From NCBI RefSeq assembly GCF_006345805.1, contig NC_042997.1, positions 187,054,001-187,118,000 on the forward strand: a stretch of 64,000 nucleotides of DNA. The letters are read 5' to 3'. Source of the stretch: Octopus sinensis (lineage: Eukaryota). The notes under the pieces were generated by a model. It worked only from the letters and a program-made list of their open reading frames with translations, was not told the origin of the DNA and searched no databases. Made by a program: the position numbers and the translations under genes. Positions within the stretch are counted from its first letter, which is position 1; each line of letters begins with the position of its first letter. Shown here piece after piece: positions 1 through 12,589 of this stretch.

Positions 1-92
1 TCAACCTTGGAATTGGAACTCAGAACATATACACAGATGAGCTACTGCTAAGCATTTTGTCTGGCATGATAATGATTCTGCCAGCTAGCTGC
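1..92 (-). mobile_element. tRNA-derived SINE, family B (5' part, truncated by window edge)
   Basis: Reverse complement matches the repeated head GAGCTGGCAGAATCGTTAGCA...TTCTGAGTTCAAATTCC seen in more than 10 other copies in the window. Confidence 0.75.
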
Positions 93-131
93 GTTATTCC
101 TAAATCTACTTTGATACTTTCCATTTTCACT

Positions 132-648
132 GTGGCGGCGCAATGGCCCAGTGGTTAGGGCAGCAGACTCGCGGTTGTAGGATCGCGGTTTTGATTCCCA
201 GACCGGGCATTATGAGTGTTTATTGAGCGAAAACACCTAAAGCTCCACGAGGCTCCAGCAGAGGGTGGTGGTGAACCCTGCTGTACTCTTTCTTCACAAC
301 TTTCTCTCACTCTTTCTTCCTGTTTCTGTTGTACCTGTATTTCAAAGGGCCAGCCTTGTCACACTGTGTCATGCTAAATCTCCCTGAGAACTACGTTAAG
401 GGTACACATGTCTAAGGAGTGCTCAGCCACTTACACGTTAATAAATGAGCTGTGATGTTACTGGTGTCAAGCTGTATTGGCCTTTGCTTTTCCCTTGGAT
501 AACGTTGATGGTATAGAAAGAAGAGGCTGGTATGCATGGGAGACTGCTGGTCTTCCATAAACAACTGTGCCCAGACTTGTGCCTCAGAGGGTAACTTTCT
601 AGGTGCAATCCCATGGTCATTCATGACCGAAGGGGGTCACAACAACTA
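132..648 (+). mobile_element. tRNA-derived SINE, family A head with family D tail, 12-bp TSD
   Basis: A-box TGGCCCAGTGG and B-box-like GGTTTTGATTCCC. TCCATTTTCACT is duplicated at 120-131 and 649-660. Head recurs at 15720-15898(-) and 46173-46270(+); tail matches 56592-56780(-). Confidence 0.8.
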
Positions 649-1961
649 TCCATTTTCACTAGATGCATTCTACTTCTTAAACTTGTCTGTGGTTAAACTA
701 CATTAGTGGTTTTTAAACTTTACTTACTTGACTAAATTTAATATTATTGACTAATTAGCTTTATCTTTTTTATTGGATATAATGTAAGAGACTCCAAATA
801 GTTGACTCTCTAGATCTAGCAACCAAATCTCCTTCAAATCACATTCTCTTCTCTTAGAAAAAAGGAAGACATACTGAACAGTTGGTAAGGTGAATTGTTA
901 TTGCTGAGGTAATTTTGTCCATAAGTTCCCTCAGTCAGAACTGACTTGAAGCTAAATGACAATAACAACTTTGATAAAAATAATCACTTATAACAGCTCT
1001 CGCACCTCAAAAATAAACATTGTAACTATTACTTTTCTTATTAGCATAACTAGAAAGCAAGAAGTGAAACTGTTAAAGAGGCATCTTACAAACTAGATAT
1101 ATCAGACCACTTTACGTAGTTGTTAGTTGTTTATAACAACGACTGTGACAATCCTTCTGGGTTTTTTTAAAAGACTTTCACAACCAAAGAAGCTTGGCAA
1201 AATAGAAAAATTAAAAGAAGATACAAAAAAGAAAGAAACAAACAAACAAACAAACAAAAGAACAAAAATAGTGTTATGATTTGGCCAAAGACAGTTTCTT
1301 TTTGTTTTCATTTCCATTTTGCAAGAAACTTTTTTAATATAATGTTACTTGGCTTTTCTCTTAATTATGGAAGAGTGAAGTTAGATTAAGTTAGGCAAAC
1401 AAAATAAATGCTTGGGTTAAAAAACCAAAACCAAATATTACAAAATTATATAAAATACCATACAATAAAAATCAGTAATTAGCACAAAGAATATAAATAT
1501 ATATAACTAAGACGTAGGATATAAATGTGTGATAACCTAATGATATCAGCAAGGTCATTGGAAGCAAATCAAAAGATTGGGTTAATATCTAAAATAAATT
1601 TTTGCACAGTGATTTTTTTTCCATTTGTTAATGCCTTTTTCTTTTCACTTCCATGACAACTAAACTGTGATGTCTTAATTAGAACTCTTAGAAGTTTATT
1701 TTCATTCTATTAATGAGTTAGTGCTGTAAATCTAACAATATTGTAGCACAGCAAGATAATGCCAGCCACACTGTAGTTAAAAACAATGTTTAACCGCTAA
1801 TACACTAAACAGGAAAGAAAAAAATTGTAACTATTTAATAATTTTATCATACATGACTAGAATGTATCCTCTGTGCTGTAAATCTAAAATATAGGATGCT
1901 AACTTTTAGAAATTAAAATCAGCCATTCTGAAATCAAGCTTTCATTATTATATGATTTTAT

Positions 1962-2165
1962 GGTGGTGAGCTAGCAGAATTGTTGGCATGCTGGGCAAAA
2001 TGTTTAGAGGCATTGCATTCTAAGTTCAAATTCCACCGAGGTCAACTTTACTTTTCATCCTTTCAGGGTCGATAAATTAAGTACCAGTTGAATGCTGGGA
2101 TTGATGTAATCAACTTAACCCCTGTCCTGAAATTGCTGGCCTTGTGGCAAAATTTGGTATCAATA
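1962..2165 (+). mobile_element. tRNA-derived SINE, family B
   Basis: GGTGGTGAGCTAGCAGAAT head, GTTCAAATTCC B box, CTTTTCATCCTTTCAGGGTCGATAAATTAAGTACCAG central domain. Confidence 0.8.
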
Positions 2166-2174
2166 TCATTTAAG

Positions 2175-2965
2175 GAGGCAAGCTGGCAGAATTGTTAGGA
2201 TGCTGGGCAAAATGTTTAGCAGCATTTCATCCATCCTTATGTTCTGATTTCAAATTCCACTGAGGTTGCCTTTACTTTTTATCCTACATATAACTTAACT
2301 ATCTTTGATTTTTTATAAGATGTATTGCTTTTAAATCAAAGGAAAATTTTTTAAAATGAGATAGACATTTTATTTAGAATGATAATTTTTAAAACAAGGA
2401 GTTACACACAAAGTTATCTTGTAGACATCACACATGTATCTGCCTTCTCTTCAAATCTTCTTTCCTTTAGCGGCTCTCTTCTCTGCGCATTTTGCACAGT
2501 GTCTTGTAGGGTTCTTTTTCTTATCACTTGGTGGTATTTCCATGGGAAAGTGACCAGCTGGGGCAAATCTTGTTGGATGTGGGATCGATGATGGTCTTCC
2601 TGGTTTCGTGGGAGGCAATAAGGGCTTATATTTTTCAATAATCTTGGTGATCATTTGCATTCTAAATTTCAGCGGTTTCATAGCAGAAGCTGAAGTTTCC
2701 AAAGATGCTTTATACAAAACATAAGCATTCCAAATAGCCAAATCCATCAAATGAAAAAAAATACTTATTTTTTTTAAACAACGCGAGTAAATTCGTGATT
2801 GCTCAAAAATGAAATGACACAAAACAAATAAACTCTGAGTGCTAAAATTAAAAGTTAACTTTGACCAAGTATACTCGTCTGGTTCTAAAAAGATACATTT
2901 GCAATGCACAAGTAAACTTGGGATAATCCATTAAGGGGTTAAGTACCAGTTGAACACTTGGGTTG
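2175..2965 (+). mobile_element. Family B SINE split by a piggyBac insertion
   Basis: SINE 5' half at 2175-2285; it resumes as TTAAGTACCAGTTGAA at 2939-2965. Confidence 0.7.
2300..2938 (-). pseudogene. piggyBac (PGBD4-like) transposase relic, C-terminal part with Cys-rich domain
   Basis: ORF 2451-2909 reads FFHLMDLAIWNAYVLYK...FRMQMI...HFP...PTRHCAKC. It continues after a stop as RYMCDVYKITLCVTPCFKNYH (about 2379-2443). The terminus GGGG|TTAA at 2935-2942 fits piggyBac CCC ends and a TTAA target. Confidence 0.85.
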
Positions 2966-2989
2966 TGGGCAGTAAAGAACTAAGAAATA

Positions 2990-3120
2990 TGTTAGGAAAG
3001 GCATCCAGCTATAAAAAACCATGCCAAAACAGACAGGGAGCCTGAACAGCTCTTCAGCTGATCAGCTCCTGTCAGACCATCCAATCTATGCCAACAGACG
3101 TTAAATGATGATGATGATGG
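2990..3120 (+). mobile_element. 3' fragment of SINE/LINE-tail family E ending in (GAT)n
   Basis: GTTAGGAAAGGCATCCAGCT...GACGTTAAATGATGATGATG, the same tail as 6998-7172 and 62450-62610. Confidence 0.65.
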
Positions 3121-5069
3121 TGTCTCTCTCTCAAACTTTGTAGTTTTGTGCCTGTCTGATAATTTATTATATATAAATAGCTACTACATTTTATTTGCTA
3201 AGCTTGTCCATTTGTTTTCAATCAACTGCAGCAATTAACATCTTTAATAAAGAAAATTGCTCCTTCCTTTAGTTACTTACAATAACTAGCTTTAATTACA
3301 GAATGTATGAATAGTTCAAATGACTGATAAAGTGCTAAAGTAGAAAGTTCAAGCTTTGTCTACAAACTCGTAGTCTGCAAGTTAAGACTAGTAAAATATC
3401 TACAAAAAGCATCATCAGCAACTATAGGAAGTATAATGCTGGACATGTAATTAAATGTCAGGTGAATACAAGTGAACCAGTCTCATTAAAAGTGTCTATT
3501 ATAGAACAATCATACTCAATCTGATGATAATTTATCAACTAATTTTCTATTATCTATCCTATTAGACAATCATTTTCATTTCCCAACAATAAAAGCAAAG
3601 CTGGCAGTAGATGAATGGAAAATAAATGAATGGGTGGGGAGATATATGGGCTGATGAATAGAAGAATTACAGACTTGAATATATAGATAGATGCTTAGAC
3701 AGTGTAAAAAGGTTACATGTTTATTTATCCTAAGGTGTATTAAATAAAATGAATCAGTTGCCCTTTTGTGATCAGGAATATATATTAATTGGTAACCAGC
3801 CCTTCAGATTTTTGTAAGAATATCTCTTTTTGACCATTTTGTGAACTGAAGCGATGGAGAATAAAGTATTCTATTCAGAAACACAACCAGTCTATAATGA
3901 TTAAATGTGACAATTTGTATTGAGATTAGTCAAAATCTTTATACATTTTGTTTTTACATTCATAACTGCATCAAATATATGTACATTTATTTAAATTATT
4001 ACAAAAATAACCAATAAGTTTTTGATTTAAGACAATTTATTTGATTTGTTTCTATATATAGTTATCTAAATAAATATTTTAAGATTATAAAAAAAAAAAT
4101 TCTTTCAATTTAAACAGATCTTCCTGAAAAGATTACTGTAGAGAATTGAAGTAAGACAGAATGTTTCAAACCATTCTTGTTGTCAAGAATTTATTTGCAT
4201 CTTTTGGCTGAGAACAACAAGAATAACAACAATAATAAAAATAGCAAATGTCAGTAAGATTAAATAAGAACATACCTTCATTGACAATTACAATAATAAG
4301 AACAAAGGCATAAATAAGAGTAATAATTAAAAGGACAGAAATAGCAACAGCAATTATTATAATAATTAAAACAGTAGGCTATCTAAAGACACACTGACTT
4401 TTAATTTTGGCTAGTTTGATTTTATAAAGTTTACAAGTAGGTGACATTGACTGAAGTATCTACTGTTTTCCACTCACTTTGCTCACAGATGCTAAGTGGA
4501 AGAGACGCTGCCAGTGAAGTGATGCTGATATTTCACAACAGTATGAACACAATAAATAAATAAATAAATAAATAAAACTAGACACAACTCCTGAAACAGT
4601 TATATGTATATAAAAGTAACTAAATTTAAATAGGTTAGTTGTATCGCTTACTTAAAATGTAAGTTTGCTTGGTTGCTTTACCAGAGCCAATGCAACTAAT
4701 AACCACCAATTTTCCTTGGATTAATACATCAAAAGGCATTGGGATAAGCAGTTGCATTGTTATCTGTATTGCCTTCACAAATTTTGCCAAATCCAAAATG
4801 TTTGTCGGCCAAATTCTTCAAGAGAGCTTCAGTGTTTAGCAGACTTCTTTTATTAGTGATACCTTAATAAATCCACTGACCTCTTTACAACGATTTATGC
4901 CAAGACAAGCATTGAATAAAAAATGAAGGTGAAGGCCCTTCTGCGACTGTTTAGGACTAAATTTATTGCAGAGATCCTAAAATGTTAGGATGCCCCTGTT
5001 TCTGTCCCAGCTATGGCATAAATAACAAAAGGTGATTTCAACTTATCTTCTGAAACAGTATCATCTAGT

Positions 5070-5552
5070 GCATTATTTAAATTATTTACATTCGACAAAT
5101 ATTTGTCCTCATCTTGTTTGTTATTAATGTTTCGGCTGATATACCCTCCAGCCTTCTTCAGGTGTCTTGGGGAATTTTCAAACCTGCGTTCTCATTCCGA
5201 AGGTATTTTTTGATGTTGTTATTGTTCAGGTCACTGCTTAGAATCGAACTCAGAATCTTGGGGTTAGTAGCCCATGCTCTTAACCCCAACATTCCAAATT
5301 CGACTCCAGCAGTGACCTGAATAATAATAATAATAATAATATAATTATAATTATAATTATAATAATAACATAAAAAAATACCTTGGGAATGAGAACGCAG
5401 GTTTGAAATTTCCCCAAGACACCTGAAGAAGGCTGGAGGGTATATCAGCCGAAACGTTGTGATAACAACAAACAAGATGAGGACAAATATCCGTCGAATG
5501 TAAATAATGTAAATAATGCACATAATTCCTCATCTCTTAAATATAGAACTGT
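5070..5552. mobile_element. Foldback retroelement: tRNA-like head plus hammerhead-ribozyme tail, 13-bp TSD
   Basis: Arms 5070-5285(-) and 5281-5520(+) are inverted copies. AGTATCATCTAGT is duplicated at 5057-5069 and 5553-5565. Contains B box GTTCGATTC and a hammerhead core in both arms. Confidence 0.8.
5420..5461 (+). ncRNA. Minimal type-I hammerhead ribozyme motif (Penelope-type)
   Basis: CAC-CUGAAGA-A-GGCUG(gaggguauau)CAGCC-GAAAC-GUU-GUG: intact core, 5-bp stem II, palindromic stem III (AACGUU), 3-bp stem I. Confidence 0.7.
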
Positions 5553-6048
5553 AGTATCATCTAGTATTGAATTGGCATTTTTTTTATGCTGTATCAAAGT
5601 ATAAAAGATATGCCAGTATGACAGAGAACTAATTTCATTGATATTAACTTTATATTACTCATAACACCATATAGTACCTTAGTATAAGGTGTTATGAGAA
5701 ACTTAATACCACTAAGTACAACTAAGTTTCTTCATTTTATAGATAACTTCAAAATATTGCTAGGCCAATTTATCTAACTCAAACCAGAAAATAAATAAAT
5801 AAATTAGATGCATTTATATTTTCTTTTTTAATTTTGTGATAAAATGTCACTCAAATTTTTTAATAATTTTTTTTTTTCAGCATTCAGTAAGCCAGGGATA
5901 AAATAATCAATACATTTTGCTACAAACAGTCTAATCAAAAAAAATTTCCAAATAATTTTACTGGGTTTTCAGACTTTAAAGTTTAGTAAGAATTTGTTAT
6001 TTGCAATGGAAGCAGTATTAGTTAAAAAGAGCAATCTGTACACCTTAA

Positions 6049-6267
6049 CCCTTTTGTTACCATATTTATTTTGAGATGCTCTGTGTTTTTTTTCAATTAT
6101 TTTAAATATAACAAATAATTTCATAAAATATCTCAGTTATCATTAAGCTGGTATTAGGAACATAAACTGTGATGAAGAATCTGTGAAAGATTTTAATTCA
6201 AAACTTATGAAAAGACATTTGTACTACAGAGCTAGAGCTGGTTTCAGCTGGGTTGGTAACAAAAGGG
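6049..6267. mobile_element. piggyBac-type MITE
   Basis: Perfect 14-bp TIRs CCCTTTTGTTACCA / TGGTAACAAAAGGG, flanked by TTAA at 6045-6048 and 6268-6271. Confidence 0.88.
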
Positions 6268-6849
6268 TTAATGTGGATATGCTTTAAGAAACCCATAGCA
6301 CTATGGCATTCATTGCAAATAACTCACCAGTGATTTGTTAATCACTGTTTTCTATATTAGTAGAGGCTAAGCATGTGGTTGATATTTGCTGTTGATGATG
6401 TACAAATATGCAGAAATCCCAGACCTACCAATTCCAATGCCACTGTCAAATGCTTTTTGTCTACTACTGAAACACTCATGTGCTTTTTAGCATTATATGT
6501 TTATACAAGAAGCTTTCTCCAGATGAATACTGTAGTGTTGTTGTTTTCTTACAGTATATCCATATTAAGTAAGATGTATAGAATGCTATTTGTAAATTAG
6601 TATGCTTTAATGGAGGACCATTAAAAGAAAATTCATGAAAAATTTCAAATTTTAAGCTGGATAAACATCAGGTCCTCTATGTCTCTAAAATAATAAAAAC
6701 ACCATTGTTTCCTCTAAATATATTACATGCACAAACAGATAGGTTGGTACTCACATTCGCCAACTAAAATACTAACAAAAATACAGGTGATTGAAAAATC
6801 CTAAATTTCAACTTAAATATTTTCAATGAATTCTTCCAGAGGGAAATAT

Positions 6850-6964
6850 TAACACTTTAGAACTCAAACAGGCCATATCTGGTCCAAATATTTGATCTGT
6901 TTATATTCAAACTGGCCATATCTGGCCTCCAAAACTACCCTACGATGTCATTGTAAATATAAAC

Positions 6965-6965
<1 letters not shown>
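6850..6965. mobile_element. Fragment of second piggyBac-type MITE family
   Basis: Inverted homology to the right half of the MITEs at 49056-49276 and 62834-63053. Confidence 0.6.
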
Positions 6966-6997
<32 letters not shown>

Positions 6998-6999
<2 letters not shown>

Positions 7000-7172
7000 G
7001 TGCAGGTGGCACGTAAAAAGCACCCACTACACTCGTGGAGTGGTTGGTGTTAGGAAGGGCATCCAGCCGTAGAAACTCTGCCAGATCAGACTGGAGCCTG
7101 GAGCAGCCCCTGGCTTCCCAGACCCCAGTCGAACCGTCCAACCCGTGCTAGCGTGGAAAACGGACGTTAAAC
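6998..7172 (+). mobile_element. Family E repeat, 3' portion
   Basis: GGTGGCACGTAAAAAGCACC...GGAAGGGCATCCAGCCGTAGAAAC...GGACGTTAAAC, matching 62340-62595. Confidence 0.7.
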
Positions 7173-8012
7173 CAAATCCACTCACAAGGCTTTGGTCAGC
7201 CCAGGACTATAATAGAAAACACTTGCTCAAAGTGTCATGCTATAGCAACCTCTAAGAAGTGCAGGAAAAGATGCAGTAGAATTTGTTATATTATAGGAAT
7301 ATGGTACCATATATGACAACTAAAGTTTTTGAAGAATTAAGTTAATAAAAAAATGTGAGTCCACCCAAAAAAAGTAAGGAAAAAAAGAAAATGACCAGGT
7401 TTATTTATTTTTGTATTCAATCTTTTTCTGGTGCTCATTTGTGAACTGAAAAAAAAAGTATACTTGGTGATCCCTGTAAACATCTTAATCTTCAAACCTA
7501 CAGTGTATTAGGTACTTCAAGCTAAACAAGCTAAAAGTGCTCTGGGGCAAGACTTCTGTAGTATAAATCATTCCTTACACATAATTTTGCTATCAAAACA
7601 TTTATCTGTCAAGTTTCCCACCCTCAACGCCCACACCAGCACCTCAATAAACTTCTAAAATTCTGGCTGCCCTGGAGGTACCTTATTTTTATCTTGACTG
7701 TGTTAAATGTTTGACTTAAGATCTTATTTGATCAAATATCAAAAACTTGACAAAAGAAAATATTTCCACCAGGCAATAATCCTATCTCAAAGAGTTCTAA
7801 ATGTGTCATATATAAAGGAAAAGATTGGGCTATTGTAGCCATTGAACATCTCTTCCAAAATAACAGAAGTGTTGCTAGTTAATAAAGGATTAAGTTGGAA
7901 ATAAGAAAACAATTTTCAAATTGGAGTAAGAAATAATACAGGAATTTCATTCTCAAATATTTTGCAATAACTGCTTTATTGAATAAATACAGTTGATTAT
8001 ATTTCTGAAGAA

Positions 8013-8232
8013 GAAATAGAAGGTGGCAAGCTGACAGAACCTTTAGCATGCTGGGCAAAATGCTTAACAGCATTTAGTCAATCTTCATGTTCTGAGTTCA
8101 AATTTCGCCGAGTACAACTTTGCCTTTTATCATTTTGGGGTCAGTAAAATAAGTACCAATCAAATACTGGGGTTAAAGTAATCAACTTAGCCCCTTCTTG
8201 AAACTGCTTGCCTTTTGCCAATATTTGAAATC
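8013..8232 (+). mobile_element. Family B SINE with 15-bp TSD
   Basis: TATATTTCTGAAGAA at 7998-8012 and 8233-8247 flanks a family B body. Confidence 0.85.
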
Positions 8233-8691
8233 TATATTTCTGAAGAATCTCTAGTATAATAGACATACTTTTCTATATGAATTAGTTTAAAAGTTTGAAA
8301 GGAATAACAAGAAATAAGTAAAAATTAATTTTTAATAAACATTAAAAATTAATATTTACTTATTACTTGTTATTCTTTTCAAACTTTTAAGCTACTTCAT
8401 ATAGAAACTGCAGAGAGATAGTTTAAGTTCATTCTTGATTGAACAACAAGAAAGCTTCTACATGGTTACTTAACCTTCAAAATTTTCTTCTAAATACACC
8501 CTGTTATTTTTAAAATGGAAAGATACATAAAACAATGTAATATCTGGCATACAAAAAAGAAAGGGTGCTGAAGATTGCAATTCCTTTGATCATAAGCCAG
8601 CTTGATCAAGACTCACCTCTAGAAACATTTGTACTAAATTTTTCCTTTATCTTTTACTTGTTTACATTATTGCTAGCTTGATGCCTTAATA

Positions 8692-8744
<53 letters not shown>

Positions 8745-8753
8745 GATAATAAT

Positions 8754-9076
8754 AAGTACCAGTGATTGTAGGATCTCTAGGAATGATAAAAAAAAATGGT
8801 ATTGAAATCTATTTGAAAATGATACCAGGCTTATCATCCCTACAGGAAGTGCAAAAAATCATGTTAACTGGAACGACTCATGTACTGAGGAGAGCATTAT
8901 CGCTGTGAAAACAATATCCATTCATGAATATATTTATTTATTAATTTTTTTTTTAAATACATATTTTACCTGTGAATTTGCATGTATAACCTAGGAATGC
9001 ATACAATGAGCTTCTCTGCCCTAGGTGTACGGAAAACTCAGCGAGAAATGGAGGAAACTATGAAGAAAGAAGGAAA
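8754..9076 (+). mobile_element. R4/Dong-like non-LTR retrotransposon 3' end in a (TAA)n array
   Basis: With one frameshift it translates as VPVIVGSLGMIKK..GIEIYLKMIPGLSSLQEVQKIMLTGTTHVLRRALSL*, typical of the C-terminus of RLE-type R4/Dong ORFs. (TAA)n lies on both sides. Confidence 0.75.
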
Positions 9077-9114
9077 TAATAATAATAATAATAATAATAA
9101 TGATATTAATAATA

Positions 9115-9511
9115 ATCCTTTATTCTATAGGCACAAGACCTGACATTTGGGGGAAGGAGATAGTCAATTACATTAACCCAGTACTCAACTGGTACTTAAT
9201 TTATGGACCCCGAAATGATGAAAGGCAAAATCAACCTTGGTGGATTTGAACTCAGAACATAGTGATGGGTGAAATACCTATTTCTTTACTACCCACAAGG
9301 GGCTAAACACAGAGAGGACAAGCAAGGACAGACAAACAGATTAAGTTGATTATATCAACCCCAGTGTGTAACTGGTACTTAATTTATCGACCCCGAAAGG
9401 ATGAAAGGCAAAGTCAACCTCAGCGGAATTTGAACTCAGAATGTAACGGCAGACGAAATACCACTAAGCATTTCGTCCAGTGTGCTAAGGATTCTGCCAG
9501 CTTGCCACCTT
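9115..9511 (-). mobile_element. Two nested or tandem family B SINEs
   Basis: The central domain GGTACTTAATTTATCGACCCCGAAAGGATGAAAGGCAAAG occurs twice; head at about 9510. Confidence 0.75.
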
Positions 9512-9661
9512 CATAATAATGATGGCGATGATGATGATGATGATGATGGTAGTAGTAGTAGTAGTAGTAGTAGTAGTAATAATAGTAGTAGTAGTAATAA
9601 TAGTAGTAGTAGTAGTTGTAATGATAACAACAACAACAACAATAATAATGATAATAATAAT

Positions 9662-9870
9662 AATTGTAGGTGCCCTAGGTATGATAAAAAAAAAAGGGAT
9701 GTCAGAAACATCTAGACAACATCCCAAAAGATTGTGTTGACAAGTGCTGCCCACATTCTTTGAAAAATCCTATTAATTTAAATGTCCGTGTTGTATTACA
9801 TGAATATATTTTGCTCCTACCTCTGCCACTTTCCCTCCTCAAGCTTTCAGTTCAACTGTAATACTCTTAT
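9662..9870 (+). mobile_element. Second R4/Dong-like 3' fragment (divergent family)
   Basis: IVGALGMIKKKGCQKHLDNIP...KIVLTSAAHIL, starting in a (TAA)n tract. Confidence 0.6.
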
Positions 9871-9989
9871 CCTTCACTCGCCATAGGATGCGGGGTGTGT
9901 CCCAGCAAATAATTGTAACAAACATGCAGATTAAAAGTAAATAACAACAACAACATCAATAGCAATAATAATAATAACAATAACAATAA

Positions 9990-10201
9990 TGATTTCAAAT
10001 TTTGCCACAAGGCCAGCAATTTCGTGTGAGGAGGTAAGTTGTTTATCTCAACTCCAGTGTTCCACTGGTACATTTTTCATTGACCCTAGAAGGATGAAAG
10101 ACAAAGTCGACCGTTGCAGTATTTCAACTCAGGATGGATAGACAAATAAATGCCATAAAGCATTTTGCCTGGCATGCTAACAATTCTGCCAGCTCACCAC
10201 C

Positions 10202-10203
<2 letters not shown>
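9990..10203 (-). mobile_element. Family B SINE
   Basis: Head ...CTGCCAGCTCACCACC plus central domain. Confidence 0.7.
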
Positions 10204-10238
<35 letters not shown>

Positions 10239-10383
10239 TAAATAATAATAATAATAATAGTAGTAGAAGTAGTAGTAGTAGTAATAATAATAATAATATT
10301 AATAAAAATAAAAATGATAGTAGTAGTAGTAATAATAAATAATGATAATAATAATAAAAATAAAAATGATAGTAGTAGTAGTA

Positions 10384-10435
<52 letters not shown>

Positions 10436-10446
10436 TGATAGTAGTA

Positions 10447-10480
<34 letters not shown>
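10203..10480. repeat. (TAA)n/(TAG)n compound microsatellite
   Basis: Directly visible. Confidence 0.95.
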
Positions 10481-10481
<1 letters not shown>

Positions 10482-11221
10482 GATGTAAAATGTAGTAGCA
10501 GGTTAAGGTGATAGGGTGCCAGCCTGTTAGAAGTACTTGTCCCTCAATGATCCAGTCTATTTAGCTGTATAATTAGCAGTGTGATGGAGAGTGCACAGGT
10601 CATTGCTCTAACAAACAATGATTGATTGACTAATTGTGTGCATTGATGAGTTCATATCCTCCCATGGGCAAAAAAAAAAAAAAAACATGTAGAAGACTGC
10701 CATCCGGTTCAGAGGAAGTGCATTCTCTAAAACTACTTAAATGTTATCAGAACTGGGATAAGCTCTGATGCACTGTAGCACTGAAACACATTCTGTTAAT
10801 GGTCATGGATTAAAAAAAAACAACAACAGCAGCAACAAAAGAAAAATAATCCAAATTCAAATTTATCATGTTGATATTAAATTAAGGTGGAAATGATGAG
10901 CTAAATATTTCTGATGGCAGAAAGGAATTAAGAGTTGTTTTAAAATACCTTTTCTTCATTTCGAACACATTTACAATATGGAATAAATACCTTTTAATGA
11001 ATGTTTGGATAATGAAAGATGTGTGCTGGGAACTAATTAGATATGGCTGGTTACACGATGTTAGTATCTTAAATTGAGCTTTCAGTAGATTAATATCGAA
11101 AGTGTCTGTATATGTTGATGTATGTGTGTGTGTATATATGTTTATATATATATTTACAAATATATTAAGTTATTGTGTCTATGTATGCATCTATAAGTAT
11201 GTGTGTGCGTGCAGTATGCTT

Positions 11222-11832
11222 AATGGGTGTGTGGTAAGTAGGTTGCTTACCAACCACAGGGTTCCGGGTTCAGTCCCACTGCGTAGCACCTTGGGCAAGT
11301 GTCTTCTACTGTAGCCTCGGACCCACCAAAGCCTTGTGAGTGGATTTGGTAGATGGAAACTGAAAGAAGCCCATTGTATATATGTATATATTTATGTATG
11401 TGTATATGTTTGTGCCCCACAACATCGCTTGACAACCAATGCTGGTGTGTTCACATCCTCGTAACTTAGTGGTTCGGCAAAAGAAACTGATAGAATAAGT
11501 ACTAGGCTTACAAAGAATAAGTCCTGGGATCAATTTGCTAGACTAAATGGCGGATTTGGTAGACAGAAACTGAAAGAAACCTGTCGTATATATGTATATA
11601 TATATGTGTGTGTGTGTGTGAGTTTGTGTGTCTGTGTTTGTCCCCCCCATCATCGCTTGACAACCGATGCTGGTGTGTTTACATCCCTGTAACTTAGCGG
11701 TTCGGCAAAAGAGCCCGATAGAATAAGTACTAGGCTTACAAAAAATAAGTCCTGGGGTCGATTTGCTCGACTAAAGGTGGTGCTCCAGCATGGCCACAGT
11801 CAAATGACTGAAACAAGTAAAAGAGTAAAGAA
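11222..11832 (+). mobile_element. Family C SINE (CORE-like, internal TA/TG microsatellite) with duplicated 3' two-thirds
   Basis: GGGTTCAGTCCC B box and ACCTTGGGCAAGTG CORE-like motif. GGATTTGGTAGA...GACTAAA is repeated at 11342 and 11552; GTAAAAGA tail. Confidence 0.85.
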
Positions 11833-12589
11833 GAGATGCTGAAATAGTTCTAAATTTTCTTCAATTTACTATTTTTATCCAATTAAATTAACTATATGTG
11901 TTAATATTCATATAATTAGCTAGTGACTTAGGCTTTATATTATTTTAAATAACAGTACATAATGTACACACGACTACATGTGTGAAAATGACTTTCTGTG
12001 AATGTGTGTGTATGTGTGTGTGTGTGTGTGTATTTTTCTTAATGTCTACATGACAAAAGAAAAGAAAGTGTGTCCTGAGAGATAAGAGATGAAATCTCAA
12101 ATAACTGTCAAAGGTCAGTCGTGAGGAACAGTTGGGATATTGTAACATTTAACTGACCTGCCTTGTGTCAACAGCATCTCCCTACAGCTGGAGATATTGT
12201 ACTGTAATAATATACTATGGCAGGGCAAGATCTGTTGATATAATAAACTTATTGGCCTGACTTTGGGAATTAACAGTGAAGAAAAGAAAACAGAGAAGTG
12301 TTTGTAAAACTGGAAAACTTCTGAAGCCACAGAAAGATGGTTCTATCTCTTTTGTTGAAATTTTAGCTTTATTAATGAATTTTTTTTTTGGTTTTCAGTC
12401 AGTATTTCTGACCTGGCTTATTTGATTATAGTATGCATTGACTGAACTGGTTAAACTTCAATTTTGAACAATTTTCAAAGTGCATTTTTTAAAAAATGCT
12501 TTCTATTTTGATTTGTGAAATACTGTTAATATTTTTTTTTACCCAGGACATGATGCAAAACCTTGATTAGTGATACATAATAATAATAA

